This document shows positions 1 to 8,055 of a stretch of DNA of 52,120 nt, piece by piece (position 1 is the first letter of the stretch; each line of letters begins with the position of its first letter). Origin of the DNA: a virus (Duplodnaviria; Caudoviricetes); IMG/VR virus record IMGVR_UViG_3300006120_000030, positions 1 through 52,120 of that record; one strand, 5' to 3'. The translations under genes and the position numbers were made by a program. Under the pieces are notes generated by a model. The model did no database searches and was not told where the DNA came from. It saw only the letters and a program-made list of their open reading frames with translations.

Positions 1-80
1 CCTGAGGAGCCCAGCAACCACATGACGATGGACTGGCTGGTCATGCTGTACATCGCCGACCGGACGGGAATGGGCAGCAA

Positions 81-473
81 ATGATGAAGGTCAAGTGCGA
101 CTGCGGCAAGATCATGTACGAGGGCATCAGCAAGTGCCCTCTGTGCGGCCGCAGGATCACTGACGCTCACCGCACGACCGAGGACTTTCCGGTGACCAAT
201 CCAACAGAGTGCCAGGGAAAGCCCTGCCCCAAGTGCAAAGTGGAGCCCACGTACTACAAGGGCACGCCGTACATCCGCTACTACCACAAGGCCGACTGTG
301 GCGTAGGTTCGATGCAGGATGAGCGCTACGGGACCATCAGCACGGGCGGCACTCAGGCTCCCGTGAGGCCCAAGCTGCCCTACGTGTGCTCGTCAGACGC
401 GAACCATCGCGCGGACAAAGAGGGTCCGTGCCCATTCTGCTGGGCGATCGCTGTCGCCCTCCACGGAGAGTGA
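81..473 (+). CDS. hypothetical Cys-rich (Zn-ribbon-like) phage protein
   Basis: ORF with several CxxC pairs (CDCG, CPLCG, CPKC, CPFC). Confidence 0.6.
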   Translation: MMKVKCDCGKIMYEGISKCPLCGRRITDAHRTTEDFPVTNPTECQGKPCPKCKVEPTYYKGTPYIRYYHKADCGVGSMQDERYGTISTGGTQAPVRPKLPYVCSSDANHRADKEGPCPFCWAIAVALHGE

Positions 474-644
474 AATGACTGGTGCAGAAGCAGCAAGGCG
501 TCATGTGGGAATCGGTGGTGGGGCTTCTCTCGCTCCCGAGAAGGTCGAAGAGGACAGGCCTCGGCCTGAGGTTCTTCGGCCCAAGATGAACTGGTGGCGT
601 GATGATCCCCTCGGAGAGGACTTCGAGGGGCCGGAGTACAAGCG

Positions 645-875
645 ATGAGTCCCAAGGTCAAGCTCTATCTTCAGACTGCGTGGTATGCTCTCTGCTTCGT
701 AGGCGTGGCATGTTGTATGTGGACCGCACTCTTCAACTCGCATCACAGCAACGTCGAGCGTGCTGCCTACCTCGGACTCGCGTATGGCATGCTGAACATG
801 GCATCCAACTCGCTCACTGACGACAAGCTCAAGCAGCTCACGAAGCGAGTCGAGGATGGAGAGAAGAACACGTAG
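645..875 (+). CDS. small predicted membrane protein
   Basis: two hydrophobic stretches; abuts next ORF. Confidence 0.55.
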   Translation: MSPKVKLYLQTAWYALCFVGVACCMWTALFNSHHSNVERAAYLGLAYGMLNMASNSLTDDKLKQLTKRVEDGEKNT

Positions 876-1082
876 ATGAAGGCCACGCTAGACGCCCTGA
901 CCTTCGTGTGCGACCACTGCGGAGCGCACAACGCGGGCGACGAGTACGAGTTCCACGACAGGAACACGATGCCTCCCAGCTGGACTGCCGTGTGCGCATT
1001 CTGCCTCGGGACCAACGTCACCTTTCCGAGACCGCTGGTGGTCAGGGCAGCGAGAGCCGCCGCTAGAAAGATGGGATTCTGA
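876..1082 (+). CDS. small Zn-ribbon-like protein
   Basis: CDHCG and CAFC pairs; TGATG overlap with the ligase gene. Confidence 0.55.
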   Translation: MKATLDALTFVCDHCGAHNAGDEYEFHDRNTMPPSWTAVCAFCLGTNVTFPRPLVVRAARAAARKMGF

Positions 1083-1738
1083 TGAGCCCGAAGTACCCCC
1101 GCACCGGACACCTTCCCTGGTCGCCGGGCGGCACCAACGACGACAGGCGGATCGAGTCGGTCGATGCCCTCCTGGGCGTCCCGCTGGTCATGACCGAGAA
1201 GATGGACGGTTCCAACGTGTGCCTCGAGCAGGGCGCTGTGTACGCCCGCAGCCACGCGAGCGCTCCCAACCACCCCAGCTTCGACGCTCTCAAGTCGGTC
1301 CACGCTGCCAAGAAGCACCTCATCCCGCCGATGTACCAGGTCTTCGGCGAGTGGCTGTACGCAAAGCACTCCATCGCTTACGATCGCCTGCCCGCCCACC
1401 TGATGGTGTTTGGGGTGCGCGATCTTAGCACGGACACGTGGTCCTCCTGGGAAGAGGTGGAGGAGTGGGCGAGCGAGCTGGGCTTCCCGTGCGTTCCCGT
1501 CCTGTCTCGGGGAATCGTCCTCGACGACGAGCGGGACATGGTCCGAGTGGTGACCGCGTTCGCCACGGCGCCCAGCAGCATGGGAGAGGCCCGAGAGGGC
1601 GTGGTGGTCCGGGTCGCCGGCGCCTTCCAGGACGTCAGCTTCCACCTGTGCGTCGCCAAGTGGGTGCGGGCCCACCACGTGCAGACCGATGACCACTGGA
1701 AAACTCAGCAAATCGTCCGCAATGGTCTGGAGGGCTGA
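1082..1738 (+). CDS. ATP-dependent RNA ligase (Rnl2-like RNA_ligase family)
   Basis: KYPRTxHLPWSPG N-terminus, motif I EKMDGSN, FGEW, EGVVVR, AKWVR. Confidence 0.88.
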   Translation: MSPKYPRTGHLPWSPGGTNDDRRIESVDALLGVPLVMTEKMDGSNVCLEQGAVYARSHASAPNHPSFDALKSVHAAKKHLIPPMYQVFGEWLYAKHSIAYDRLPAHLMVFGVRDLSTDTWSSWEEVEEWASELGFPCVPVLSRGIVLDDERDMVRVVTAFATAPSSMGEAREGVVVRVAGAFQDVSFHLCVAKWVRAHHVQTDDHWKTQQIVRNGLEG

Positions 1739-1760
1739 TTTATCCGGAGTATTTGGGTCA

Positions 1761-1796
1761 GTGCAAAGTTGAGCCAGCGTATGATACACTTATCTC
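1761..1796 (+). promoter_or_regulatory. repeated phage promoter, GTGCAAAGTT...TGATACACT
   Basis: copy of window-wide motif, starting 36 nt before ATG 1797. Confidence 0.75.
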
Positions 1797-1976
1797 ATGA
1801 CGGGATTCAGCCTCGACCGCGAAGATGAACTGCAGAAGCTCCCCTACGATCAGGCCATGCAGACCGTGTGGCTGTGGATCAAGTCGGGCGGGCTCGAGTC
1901 GCGCATGGACTTTGTCCGGGCGATCGAGATCATCCAGAAGGCCCAGGCGGCCCGGCGGGCGTGCTCGGACTGGTGA
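1797..1976 (+). CDS. hypothetical 59-aa protein (not in ORF track)
   Basis: MTGFSLDREDELQKLP...; ATG at the fixed distance from the promoter motif. Confidence 0.65.
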   Translation: MTGFSLDREDELQKLPYDQAMQTVWLWIKSGGLESRMDFVRAIEIIQKAQAARRACSDW

Positions 1977-1979
1977 GTC

Positions 1980-2228
1980 ATGGTTCTTGAAGATGCCTTC
2001 CTGGGCAGGTTCGCCATGATGAAGAAATTTCGCATGCCGCGCATGTTGAATGACGACGGGCGGTACTGCGAGGTCGTGCCGAGCTCACGCATCCGTCAGG
2101 AATTCCCGGTGATCGTACTGAGAGTTCACAAACGCCAAGAACGTCTCGTCCAGATCATCCATCCGTTGTTCGGAAAGTGCATTGCAGAAGTAGATGATCT
2201 CAAAGTGCAAAGTTACGAAACCAAGTGA
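1980..2228 (+). CDS. hypothetical small beta-rich (SH3-like) protein
   Basis: ORF whose stop codon is the TGA of the next promoter motif. Confidence 0.5.
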   Translation: MVLEDAFLGRFAMMKKFRMPRMLNDDGRYCEVVPSSRIRQEFPVIVLRVHKRQERLVQIIHPLFGKCIAEVDDLKVQSYETK

Positions 2229-2240
2229 TAGAGTGATGAC

Positions 2241-2459
2241 ATGGACTTCCCCCTTCCAAAGAAGATTCGACTGACGTCCTACGCGGGCACGGACCTCAAC
2301 GGTGTGGTCTGCACCCGGTACGACGGCCCCGCCAAGGTCATGGCCACCGTTCACGGCAGCTACGTGCTGCAGAGCGGCGACTACACGGGACCCAACTACG
2401 TCGCGACCTACCGCTTCCTGGCGGAGCACCCGACGTGGTACACCGTCCTGGAGAGGTGA
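2241..2459 (+). CDS. hypothetical protein
   Basis: ATG 36 nt after promoter motif at 2205. Confidence 0.7.
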   Translation: MDFPLPKKIRLTSYAGTDLNGVVCTRYDGPAKVMATVHGSYVLQSGDYTGPNYVATYRFLAEHPTWYTVLER

Positions 2460-2460
2460 C

Positions 2461-3399
2461 ATGTCGTACTCCAACTACGACAAGTATGGGTACGACAACA
2501 ACCCCTACGGTCAGCAAAACTACTACATCAAGAGCGATTCCTACGCACAACAGAGCGACTGGGTGTCTGATCCTCCAGAACCGGTGAAGCCCAAGGAGGT
2601 GTTCGTGAACGGCGTCTGTGGGTCGGTCATCGCGAACAAGGTCCAAGCGGTTCACAACTGCCTGGCCGACCGACTCAAGCTGAATGGCGACCCGCCGTGG
2701 TGCACCAGCAACGACTTCACGAGGTTCTTCGACATCATCACCAGGGATCAGACGAAGCTCACGAAGCAGGAGATCGAGTTCCTACTCAAGTACGAACGCA
2801 AGGTCATCGACTACGGCGATGCCCGATACGTTCGAGACTACAAGAACCCCTTCAGCGAGCACCTGTCGTTCAGGTGGGGCGCTCCTCGAGACGCCGCTGA
2901 GACCCAAGAAATCCTTGGCGTCACGACTGACGGCACCACCAACCACTCATCTACTACTGCAACGAACACGAAGAAAGAAGACCAGAACATGGCTGCTAAC
3001 ACCAAGATCGTCGCCCTCCCCACCACCACCCAGCTCACCACCGCCTTCAAGGCCAACCTCGAGGACGCCGCCTGGCAGTCCTGCGGTGAACAGGCCGTGG
3101 AGCTCGGCAAGTCGGTCATCAAGGCCACGCTCAGCCGGTCGGCAGATCCCCGCATGGAGCTCGCCTCCGCGTTCCTCGACACCCCGGAAGGCACGGCCTT
3201 CGTCGGCATGCTGCTCGGTTCGCTGCCGCTCTTCTCGCCGGCCCTCGCCGCGGATCCCCGCGCCGCTCGGCTGACGAATGAGATGCGGACCAAGTCGGTC
3301 AAGTTCGTCACGGACCTCATCGCCAAGCACCTCGCCGGTCCGCTCACGGCCGCCTTCAGCCAGGCCCTCGCCGCCGCTCCGCAGATCGAAGCCAAGTGA
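2461..3399 (+). CDS. hypothetical protein (possible internal start at 2989)
   Basis: ATG right after upstream stop; phage-like codon usage. Confidence 0.65.
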   Translation: MSYSNYDKYGYDNNPYGQQNYYIKSDSYAQQSDWVSDPPEPVKPKEVFVNGVCGSVIANKVQAVHNCLADRLKLNGDPPWCTSNDFTRFFDIITRDQTKLTKQEIEFLLKYERKVIDYGDARYVRDYKNPFSEHLSFRWGAPRDAAETQEILGVTTDGTTNHSSTTATNTKKEDQNMAANTKIVALPTTTQLTTAFKANLEDAAWQSCGEQAVELGKSVIKATLSRSADPRMELASAFLDTPEGTAFVGMLLGSLPLFSPALAADPRAARLTNEMRTKSVKFVTDLIAKHLAGPLTAAFSQALAAAPQIEAK

Positions 3400-3583
3400 A
3401 GCAGAGGATCGACGGGGTCAGGCCTAGCTTCACTCGGGTGGTCCTGAGGGGCGACGTGTCTGACCCCGTCATCCTGCCTCGCAACGTCTGCGAGTTTCCT
3501 GTGCCCGTCTGGTGCGACATCCAGGACTACGGCTACGACCTGGTGACAGGCGTTCCACATCGCGTCTAGAAAGCTGTCTGAAA

Positions 3584-4023
3584 ATGTTCTGCGATCCCAT
3601 CATGCAACACAGTGACCCCTCAATGTCGGTTATTCTGAGGGCTCTTGGCAGCTGCCCGCAGAGGCTGTCGGAGGGCGTCTATACCCACTGCGGCTACAAC
3701 TTCGGCAACGCCATCGAGCGGGGCGCCTGCGACGAGTACTTCTACGACGAGGACGTGCCCAGCTACGGCGTGGTGGACTCCATCGACCAGTTCATGGAGA
3801 TCTTCGGTCCGAGGATCAGGGAGAACCCGCAGGCCTTCGCTGTGGGCTTCACTGAGGTCCGGCGCGAGGACGAGCCCGAGCAGGGCGGAAGGGGTGGCAC
3901 AAGTGGGGTGAGTACTTCGGCAAGCACGAGATCTCCCGCGAGTACCTCTATGACGAGAAGGACATCGACAGCGTGATGACGTTCTCGATCGTCAAGCTGA
4001 AGATCTGGGAGAAGCTGAAATGA
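3584..4023 (+). pseudogene. frameshifted homologue of the phage GGWRWHKWG-motif hypothetical protein
   Basis: frame 1 reads ...EPEQGG; another frame continues WHKWGEYFGKHEISREYLYDE; 1 nt missing near 3890. Confidence 0.6.
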
Positions 4024-4229
4024 GGACGAAGCCAGAACTGTGCGTCAGGTGGTCGAAGAGGGAGCGCGACTTTCTCATCGACTATCCCAATGGCCCCGAC
4101 GGCCACCTGATGCACGCCTTCCTGTCGCGGGAGTTCCTTGACAAGACGATGGTGCAGCACCTGAAGGAGCGGGGATACGACATCACCACGCTCAAGATCT
4201 CCGTCAGGAAGAAGGAGACGGCCAAGTGA
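4020..4229 (+). CDS. hypothetical protein
   Basis: ATGA-coupled ORF. Confidence 0.6.
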   Translation: MRTKPELCVRWSKRERDFLIDYPNGPDGHLMHAFLSREFLDKTMVQHLKERGYDITTLKISVRKKETAK

Positions 4230-4453
4230 TCGAGAAGCTGAAGACTGCAGCGATCTGGCTGTTGTTCTTGGTCGTGGGTACAGCACTGTTCTACACCTTC
4301 TCGCAGGTGATGGATCATCTTCTCCAGGAGCCCCGACCGTCACCCAGCCAGACCGTCCCTCCGTCGCTCACCGTGCCGAAGAGCAAGCCTTGCCAGAACC
4401 TGTCGTACAACCCTCACACGAACGCGTATGAGTGCATCGACGACAGGAAGTGA
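4226..4453 (+). CDS. small membrane-anchored protein
   Basis: N-terminal hydrophobic helix, Pro-rich linker, C-terminal Cys pair. Confidence 0.6.
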   Translation: MIEKLKTAAIWLLFLVVGTALFYTFSQVMDHLLQEPRPSPSQTVPPSLTVPKSKPCQNLSYNPHTNAYECIDDRK

Positions 4454-4548
4454 AATAGTTCGCATCTTTTTGGAAGTGGCCGATAGGTAAACAAAGGCAA
4501 CTCGCCTGAGTGTAAAGTTCGGAACGACAGGATAAGATAAGCAACATC

Positions 4549-4686
4549 ATGGCAACGAAGCTCACATCGCAGATCAAGCAGCCCTCAAGAGTCGGATCAT
4601 TTCCGAATCGTTGGGATGGTCGCTCCTGCGCCTTCGGCGGCCATCCTGATCAACTTCGAAGCTATAGAGAACGCGCCACCGCCTAA
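4549..4686 (+). CDS. 45-aa hypothetical protein between two promoter motifs
   Basis: MATKLTSQIKQPSRVG...; motifs at 4510 and 4687. Confidence 0.45.
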   Translation: MATKLTSQIKQPSRVGSFPNRWDGRSCAFGGHPDQLRSYRERATA

Positions 4687-4720
4687 GTGCAAAGTTACGA
4701 AGGGCGGTGATAGGGTGAAG
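4687..4720 (+). promoter_or_regulatory. promoter motif heading the tRNA array
   Basis: GTGCAAAGTT-N13-TGATAGGGT. Confidence 0.7.
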
Positions 4721-4771
4721 GAACCGAGAAGGACCTCCCCGAAGCGTCGCAAGGACTTCGAAGACTTTCAT

Positions 4772-4856
4772 GCACGGGTTGAGCAGCGGTCGCTCAGCTG
4801 GCTGTAAACCAGTGGCCCTCCGGGGTATGTGGGTTCAAATCCCACCCTGTGCACCA
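4772..4856 (+). tRNA. tRNA-Tyr(GTA)
   Basis: cloverleaf, loop ctGTAaa, long variable arm, encoded CCA. Confidence 0.92.
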
Positions 4857-4971
4857 CGACGAGGTAACACTTGTCGCTGTTCTCTGACAATCAGCACAAT
4901 GTCGAAGAAGAGAGACCCTCTGTAGAGGTGCTGCTCTTCGCTGGGATGAGCAGCCACTCATCCCATAACAT

Positions 4972-5055
4972 GCTCAGGTGGCGTAACTGGCAGGCGCGCG
5001 AGTCTCAGAAGCTCGTGGAGTAACATCCGTGTGGGTTCGATCCCCACCCTGAGCA
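4972..5055 (+). tRNA. tRNA-Leu(CAG)
   Basis: cloverleaf, ctCAGaa, long variable arm. Confidence 0.9.
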
Positions 5056-5085
5056 CAACTGGTCTGTGAAAGCAGACGAGCCTAT

Positions 5086-5167
5086 GCACGAATGGCGTAA
5101 TTGGCAGGCGCGCTGGTCTGAGGGGCCAGTGGAGAAATCCGTGTGGGTTCGACCCCCACTTCGTGCA
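5086..5167 (+). tRNA. tRNA-Leu(GAG)
   Basis: cloverleaf, ctGAGgg. Confidence 0.9.
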
Positions 5168-5175
5168 CAAATCTT

Positions 5176-5257
5176 GCTCTGGTGGCGTAACTGGCAGGCG
5201 CGGTTGTTTCAAAAGCAGCTGTCGAAAGACGTGTGGGTTCAAGTCCCACCCGGAGCA
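5176..5257 (+). tRNA. tRNA-Leu(CAA)
   Basis: cloverleaf, ttCAAaa. Confidence 0.9.
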
Positions 5258-5281
5258 CAAAGACAAAGACGAAGTGATGTG

Positions 5282-5311
5282 GTGCAAAGTAGAGACTGAC
5301 GTGATAAGATG
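5282..5311 (+). promoter_or_regulatory. internal promoter motif in the tRNA array
   Basis: GTGCAAAGT...TGATAAGAT; similar copies at 8943 and 12946. Confidence 0.65.
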
Positions 5312-5327
5312 AGCAGGTAGAAGAAAC

Positions 5328-5399
5328 GGGGCCATCGTCCAACTGGGAAGACACTACCATGGCATGGTAAAAATTCGGGTTCAACTCCCGATGGCTCCA
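5328..5399 (+). tRNA. tRNA-Ala(GGC)
   Basis: cloverleaf with G3:U70. Confidence 0.88.
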
Positions 5400-5468
5400 C
5401 TAGAGGCGGACAACCCTGCCTTACCGTTCACTCGGTGAAGCAACCCTTCCGGGAAGCAGGTGACCAAT

Positions 5469-5539
5469 GGGGGTGTGGTTCAAAGGGAGAACTTCTGCCT
5501 TGCACGCAGACGATCGGGGTTCGATTCCCCGCACCTCCA
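5469..5539 (+). tRNA. tRNA-Ala(TGC)
   Basis: cloverleaf, ctTGCac, G3:U70. Confidence 0.9.
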
Positions 5540-5653
5540 CTAGTCTTAACGGAGATGGTTAGCCGTTCCAGAGCACAATCGCGGTCCTCGAAACTCCACG
5601 ACGTTCTGGTGTGATACAGACTCAAAACGTTTCACAATCCTCTAACTGAGCTC

Positions 5654-5725
5654 GGGTCCATCGTCAAACTGGGAAGACACTACGTTCGCAACGTAGAGAT
5701 CCGGGTTCAACTCCCGGTGGATCCA
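5654..5725 (+). tRNA. tRNA-Ala(CGC)
   Basis: cloverleaf, ttCGCaa, G3:U70. Confidence 0.9.
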
Positions 5726-5731
5726 CGACAC

Positions 5732-5804
5732 GGTCGGGTTGCTCCTTGGGAGGAGCGTTCGGTTGAAGCCCGAATGTAAGGGAGTTCGAATCTCCCCCTG
5801 ACCA
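5732..5804 (+). tRNA. tRNA-Phe(GAA)
   Basis: cloverleaf, ttGAAgc. Confidence 0.85.
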
Positions 5805-5891
5805 CGAGGGTGCAGATGCAGGTTCGAGCCCTGCCGTGAACCATCGCCTCGCAAGGGCGACCACGTAGGACAAATGGAAGTCCAGCACCCG
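5805..5891 (+). ncRNA. circularly permuted tRNA-like RNA (YrlA-type Y RNA topology)
   Basis: gggtgc/gcaccc closing stem enclosing T arm, hairpin-capped acceptor stem, then D arm. Confidence 0.6.
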
Positions 5892-5943
5892 TTAACTTGA
5901 ACCCGAGCATTTACAGGTAGTTTTGCTCAGGTTACTATACGAC

Positions 5944-6417
5944 ATGACTTACGAATGCAAAGTCTGCGGCAGGAGCTTCGATAAAAAGCGAACGAAAAGC
6001 ATTCACCAGTTCTGGTGTGACCCACAAACAAAGCCTGACACAGCGGGTCCTAAGAATCCGATGTGGAAGAAGCGTGGGAAAAATCAGTGGATGAAAGTTG
6101 ACTGGGACTCAAAGCCCTACGAAGAACTTGGTCGAGGCATGAAGCGTAAGCGCCTTCTTGAAGAGGCAAAATATTCATGCACGATGTGTGGATTTTCTCA
6201 AACTCGAACTGATGGAACGTGCATCTTGCAGATCGATCATATCGATGGCAATGGTTCGAACAATGAAAAGAGCAATCTACGCGTCCTATGTCCCAACTGT
6301 CACGCTGTTCATTCTGAAAAGTTCATGTTCATCGGACAACGTCACAGTGAAGAAACGCGCGCCCTAATAGGTGCACAAAATCGGGAAAGAAATTCCCCTC
6401 GTCCTAGTGGAATCTAG
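5944..6417 (+). CDS. HNH homing endonuclease
   Basis: CTMCG...IDHIDG..NN..SNLRVLCPNCH; lower GC than flanks; paralog of 12485. Confidence 0.88.
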   Translation: MTYECKVCGRSFDKKRTKSIHQFWCDPQTKPDTAGPKNPMWKKRGKNQWMKVDWDSKPYEELGRGMKRKRLLEEAKYSCTMCGFSQTRTDGTCILQIDHIDGNGSNNEKSNLRVLCPNCHAVHSEKFMFIGQRHSEETRALIGAQNRERNSPRPSGI

Positions 6418-6469
6418 GCATCCTCCTCCGAAGTGGATTGTTCAGGTTCGATTCCTGGCGTGGGGACCA
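6395..6469 (+). tRNA. tRNA-Arg(CCG)
   Basis: cloverleaf, ctCCGaa, CCA; 5' end overlapped by HNH ORF. Confidence 0.75.
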
Positions 6470-6484
6470 CGAAAGGAGCGTCAC

Positions 6485-6688
6485 ATGGAGAAGAAAGTAG
6501 TCCTGCTGAAACCTGGCTTCATGGACAAGCCCCTCATCGACAAGGATGGAAACGAACTGACGATGGCAGAGACAAGCGAGTACTGGGATGACGTCTTTGA
6601 CGGCGGCATTCCGATGAGCGCAGAGTACGCCAGGAACTATCTCTGGCCGAAGTGGGGCGAGCGACTGGGAATCGCAAAGCCCACGTGA
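6485..6688 (+). CDS. hypothetical protein inside the tRNA array
   Basis: AAGGAG Shine-Dalgarno before ATG 6485. Confidence 0.7.
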   Translation: MEKKVVLLKPGFMDKPLIDKDGNELTMAETSEYWDDVFDGGIPMSAEYARNYLWPKWGERLGIAKPT

Positions 6689-6771
6689 CAGAACAATGGG
6701 GAAAGCCGCTCTATCGATGCCGTCTTTCGGCGGCGAAGGCTTGACAGGTGGGAGAGTGACCACCAGCTAAT

Positions 6772-6846
6772 GCTGTCATGCGCATCTGGGATGCGGCTCG
6801 GCCGTCTACCGAGTGAGGCACGGTTCGATTCCGGCTGGCAGCGCCA
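6772..6846 (+). tRNA. tRNA-Asp(GTC)
   Basis: cloverleaf, ccGTCta, GCCA end. Confidence 0.8.
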
Positions 6847-6892
6847 AGGGAAAGCCGCCTATGATCTAGGCTTGACATGGGAGAGTCCAAAT

Positions 6893-6963
6893 GCCACGTG
6901 ATGCGACTGGGTCGCAGTCTGATTGTCTATCAGATGAGACGGGTTCGACTCCCGTACGTGGCG
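6893..6963 (+). tRNA. tRNA-Asp(GTC)
   Basis: cloverleaf, ttGTCta. Confidence 0.87.
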
Positions 6964-7057
6964 CCGCTTCGTGTCCTGCTCAACCCTGGAATGATGCCCA
7001 GGGCAGCAAACCGGCGAGCCAATCGCATGTTAGGCTGGGACCCGCGGATCTTACTAC

Positions 7058-7132
7058 GCGTCTGTAACTCAACTGGATCAGAGTAATCGGTTCTTACCCG
7101 GTAGGTTGTGGGTTCAAGTCCCACCAGACGCA
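7058..7132 (+). tRNA. tRNA-Lys(CTT)
   Basis: cloverleaf, ttCTTac. Confidence 0.9.
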
Positions 7133-7225
7133 CTGCTCGTGACTGAGGACTTTGATGCTCCGGGTCGATCCCGGGAAGCGGTTCACCAGCGAAGGATATA
7201 GACTGGCCAGATTCACGAGCGATAC

Positions 7226-7301
7226 GCATCAGGAACTCGAGTGGCAGAGAGCCAGGTTCTTACCCTGGTGAGTGCGGGTTCGAGCCCCGTCTGATGCACC
7301 A
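7226..7301 (+). tRNA. tRNA-Lys(CTT)
   Basis: cloverleaf, ttCTTac, CCA. Confidence 0.88.
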
Positions 7302-7363
7302 ACGCGACGAACAAGAAAGGACCACAGAATGGAACGAAAACAGGCTCCGAAACGGAGCTGACT

Positions 7364-7435
7364 GCACCGGTAACACAATGGTAGTGACCCATCCTTTTAA
7401 GTTGGTGTATGCGAGTTCGACTCTCGCCCGGCGCA
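7364..7435 (+). tRNA. tRNA-Lys(TTT)
   Basis: cloverleaf, ctTTTaa. Confidence 0.82.
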
Positions 7436-7527
7436 CTAGGACTGTTGGCCCTGAACACGGGGGACGTCCACTAAACGCCGCCGGCGTCACCCACACCTTC
7501 GGGTCGTGGGTGCCGTCTGCGTCACAT

Positions 7528-7601
7528 GCCTCAGATGCTCGAAAGGCAAGAGCGCTCGCCCCATAAGCGAGAGGGTGGTGGTTCGATTCCACTCTGAGGT
7601 T
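7528..7601 (+). tRNA. tRNA-Met/Ile2(CAT)
   Basis: cloverleaf, ccCATaa. Confidence 0.8.
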
Positions 7602-7611
7602 CGAAGACTTT

Positions 7612-7680
7612 CTCCCTACCGGTGGACCCGGATCGCTGTTTCCTAAACAGCTTCTCGTGGTTCGATTCCACGTGGGGAGG
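7612..7680 (+). tRNA. tRNA-Arg(CCT), short atypical D arm
   Basis: acceptor, anticodon (ttCCTaa) and T arms intact. Confidence 0.75.
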
Positions 7681-7694
7681 CGAAGTGTTACTAC

Positions 7695-7765
7695 GGACTA
7701 GAAGCTCAATGGCGAGCAGCAAGCTGTTAACTTGCTGGAAGTGGGTTCGATTCCCACCTGGTCCT
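7695..7765 (+). tRNA. tRNA-Asn(GTT)
   Basis: cloverleaf, ctGTTaa. Confidence 0.87.
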
Positions 7766-7766
7766 C

Positions 7767-7842
7767 TGAGGTGTGGCCGAGTGGCTCAGGCAGCGGGTTT
7801 TGGTTCCGCACTACGGGGGTTCAAGTCCCTCCACCTCCACCA
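7767..7842 (+). tRNA. tRNA-Gln(TTG)
   Basis: cloverleaf, ttTTGgt, CCA. Confidence 0.87.
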
Positions 7843-7858
7843 GTTACGGTCACGAAAT

Positions 7859-7930
7859 GCCAGTCAAGTGTCAACGGTTGCACACCTGTTTCCAACTCAG
7901 TAAGAGGGGGTTCGATTCCTCCGATTGGCG
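7859..7930 (+). tRNA. tRNA-Trp(CCA)
   Basis: cloverleaf, ttCCAac, weak anticodon stem. Confidence 0.72.
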
Positions 7931-7931
7931 C

Positions 7932-8007
7932 TGGTTCCTAGTTCAATTGGCTAGATCGCTTCTCTCTGAAAGAAGAGATACGGGTTCGAATCCCGTGGGA
8001 CCTACCA
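7932..8007 (+). tRNA. tRNA-Gln(CTG)
   Basis: cloverleaf, ctCTGaa, CCA. Confidence 0.87.
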
Positions 8008-8055
8008 TTCGAACTTCAGGATGTACATCATCCTTAGTTCGAGTATAGTTAAGAC

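Noticed and set aside
6697-6892. Hammerhead ribozyme or c-di-GMP riboswitch
   Set aside because: GAAA-stem-UH is present but there is no CUGANGA core; the c-di-GMP-I second stem is absent.
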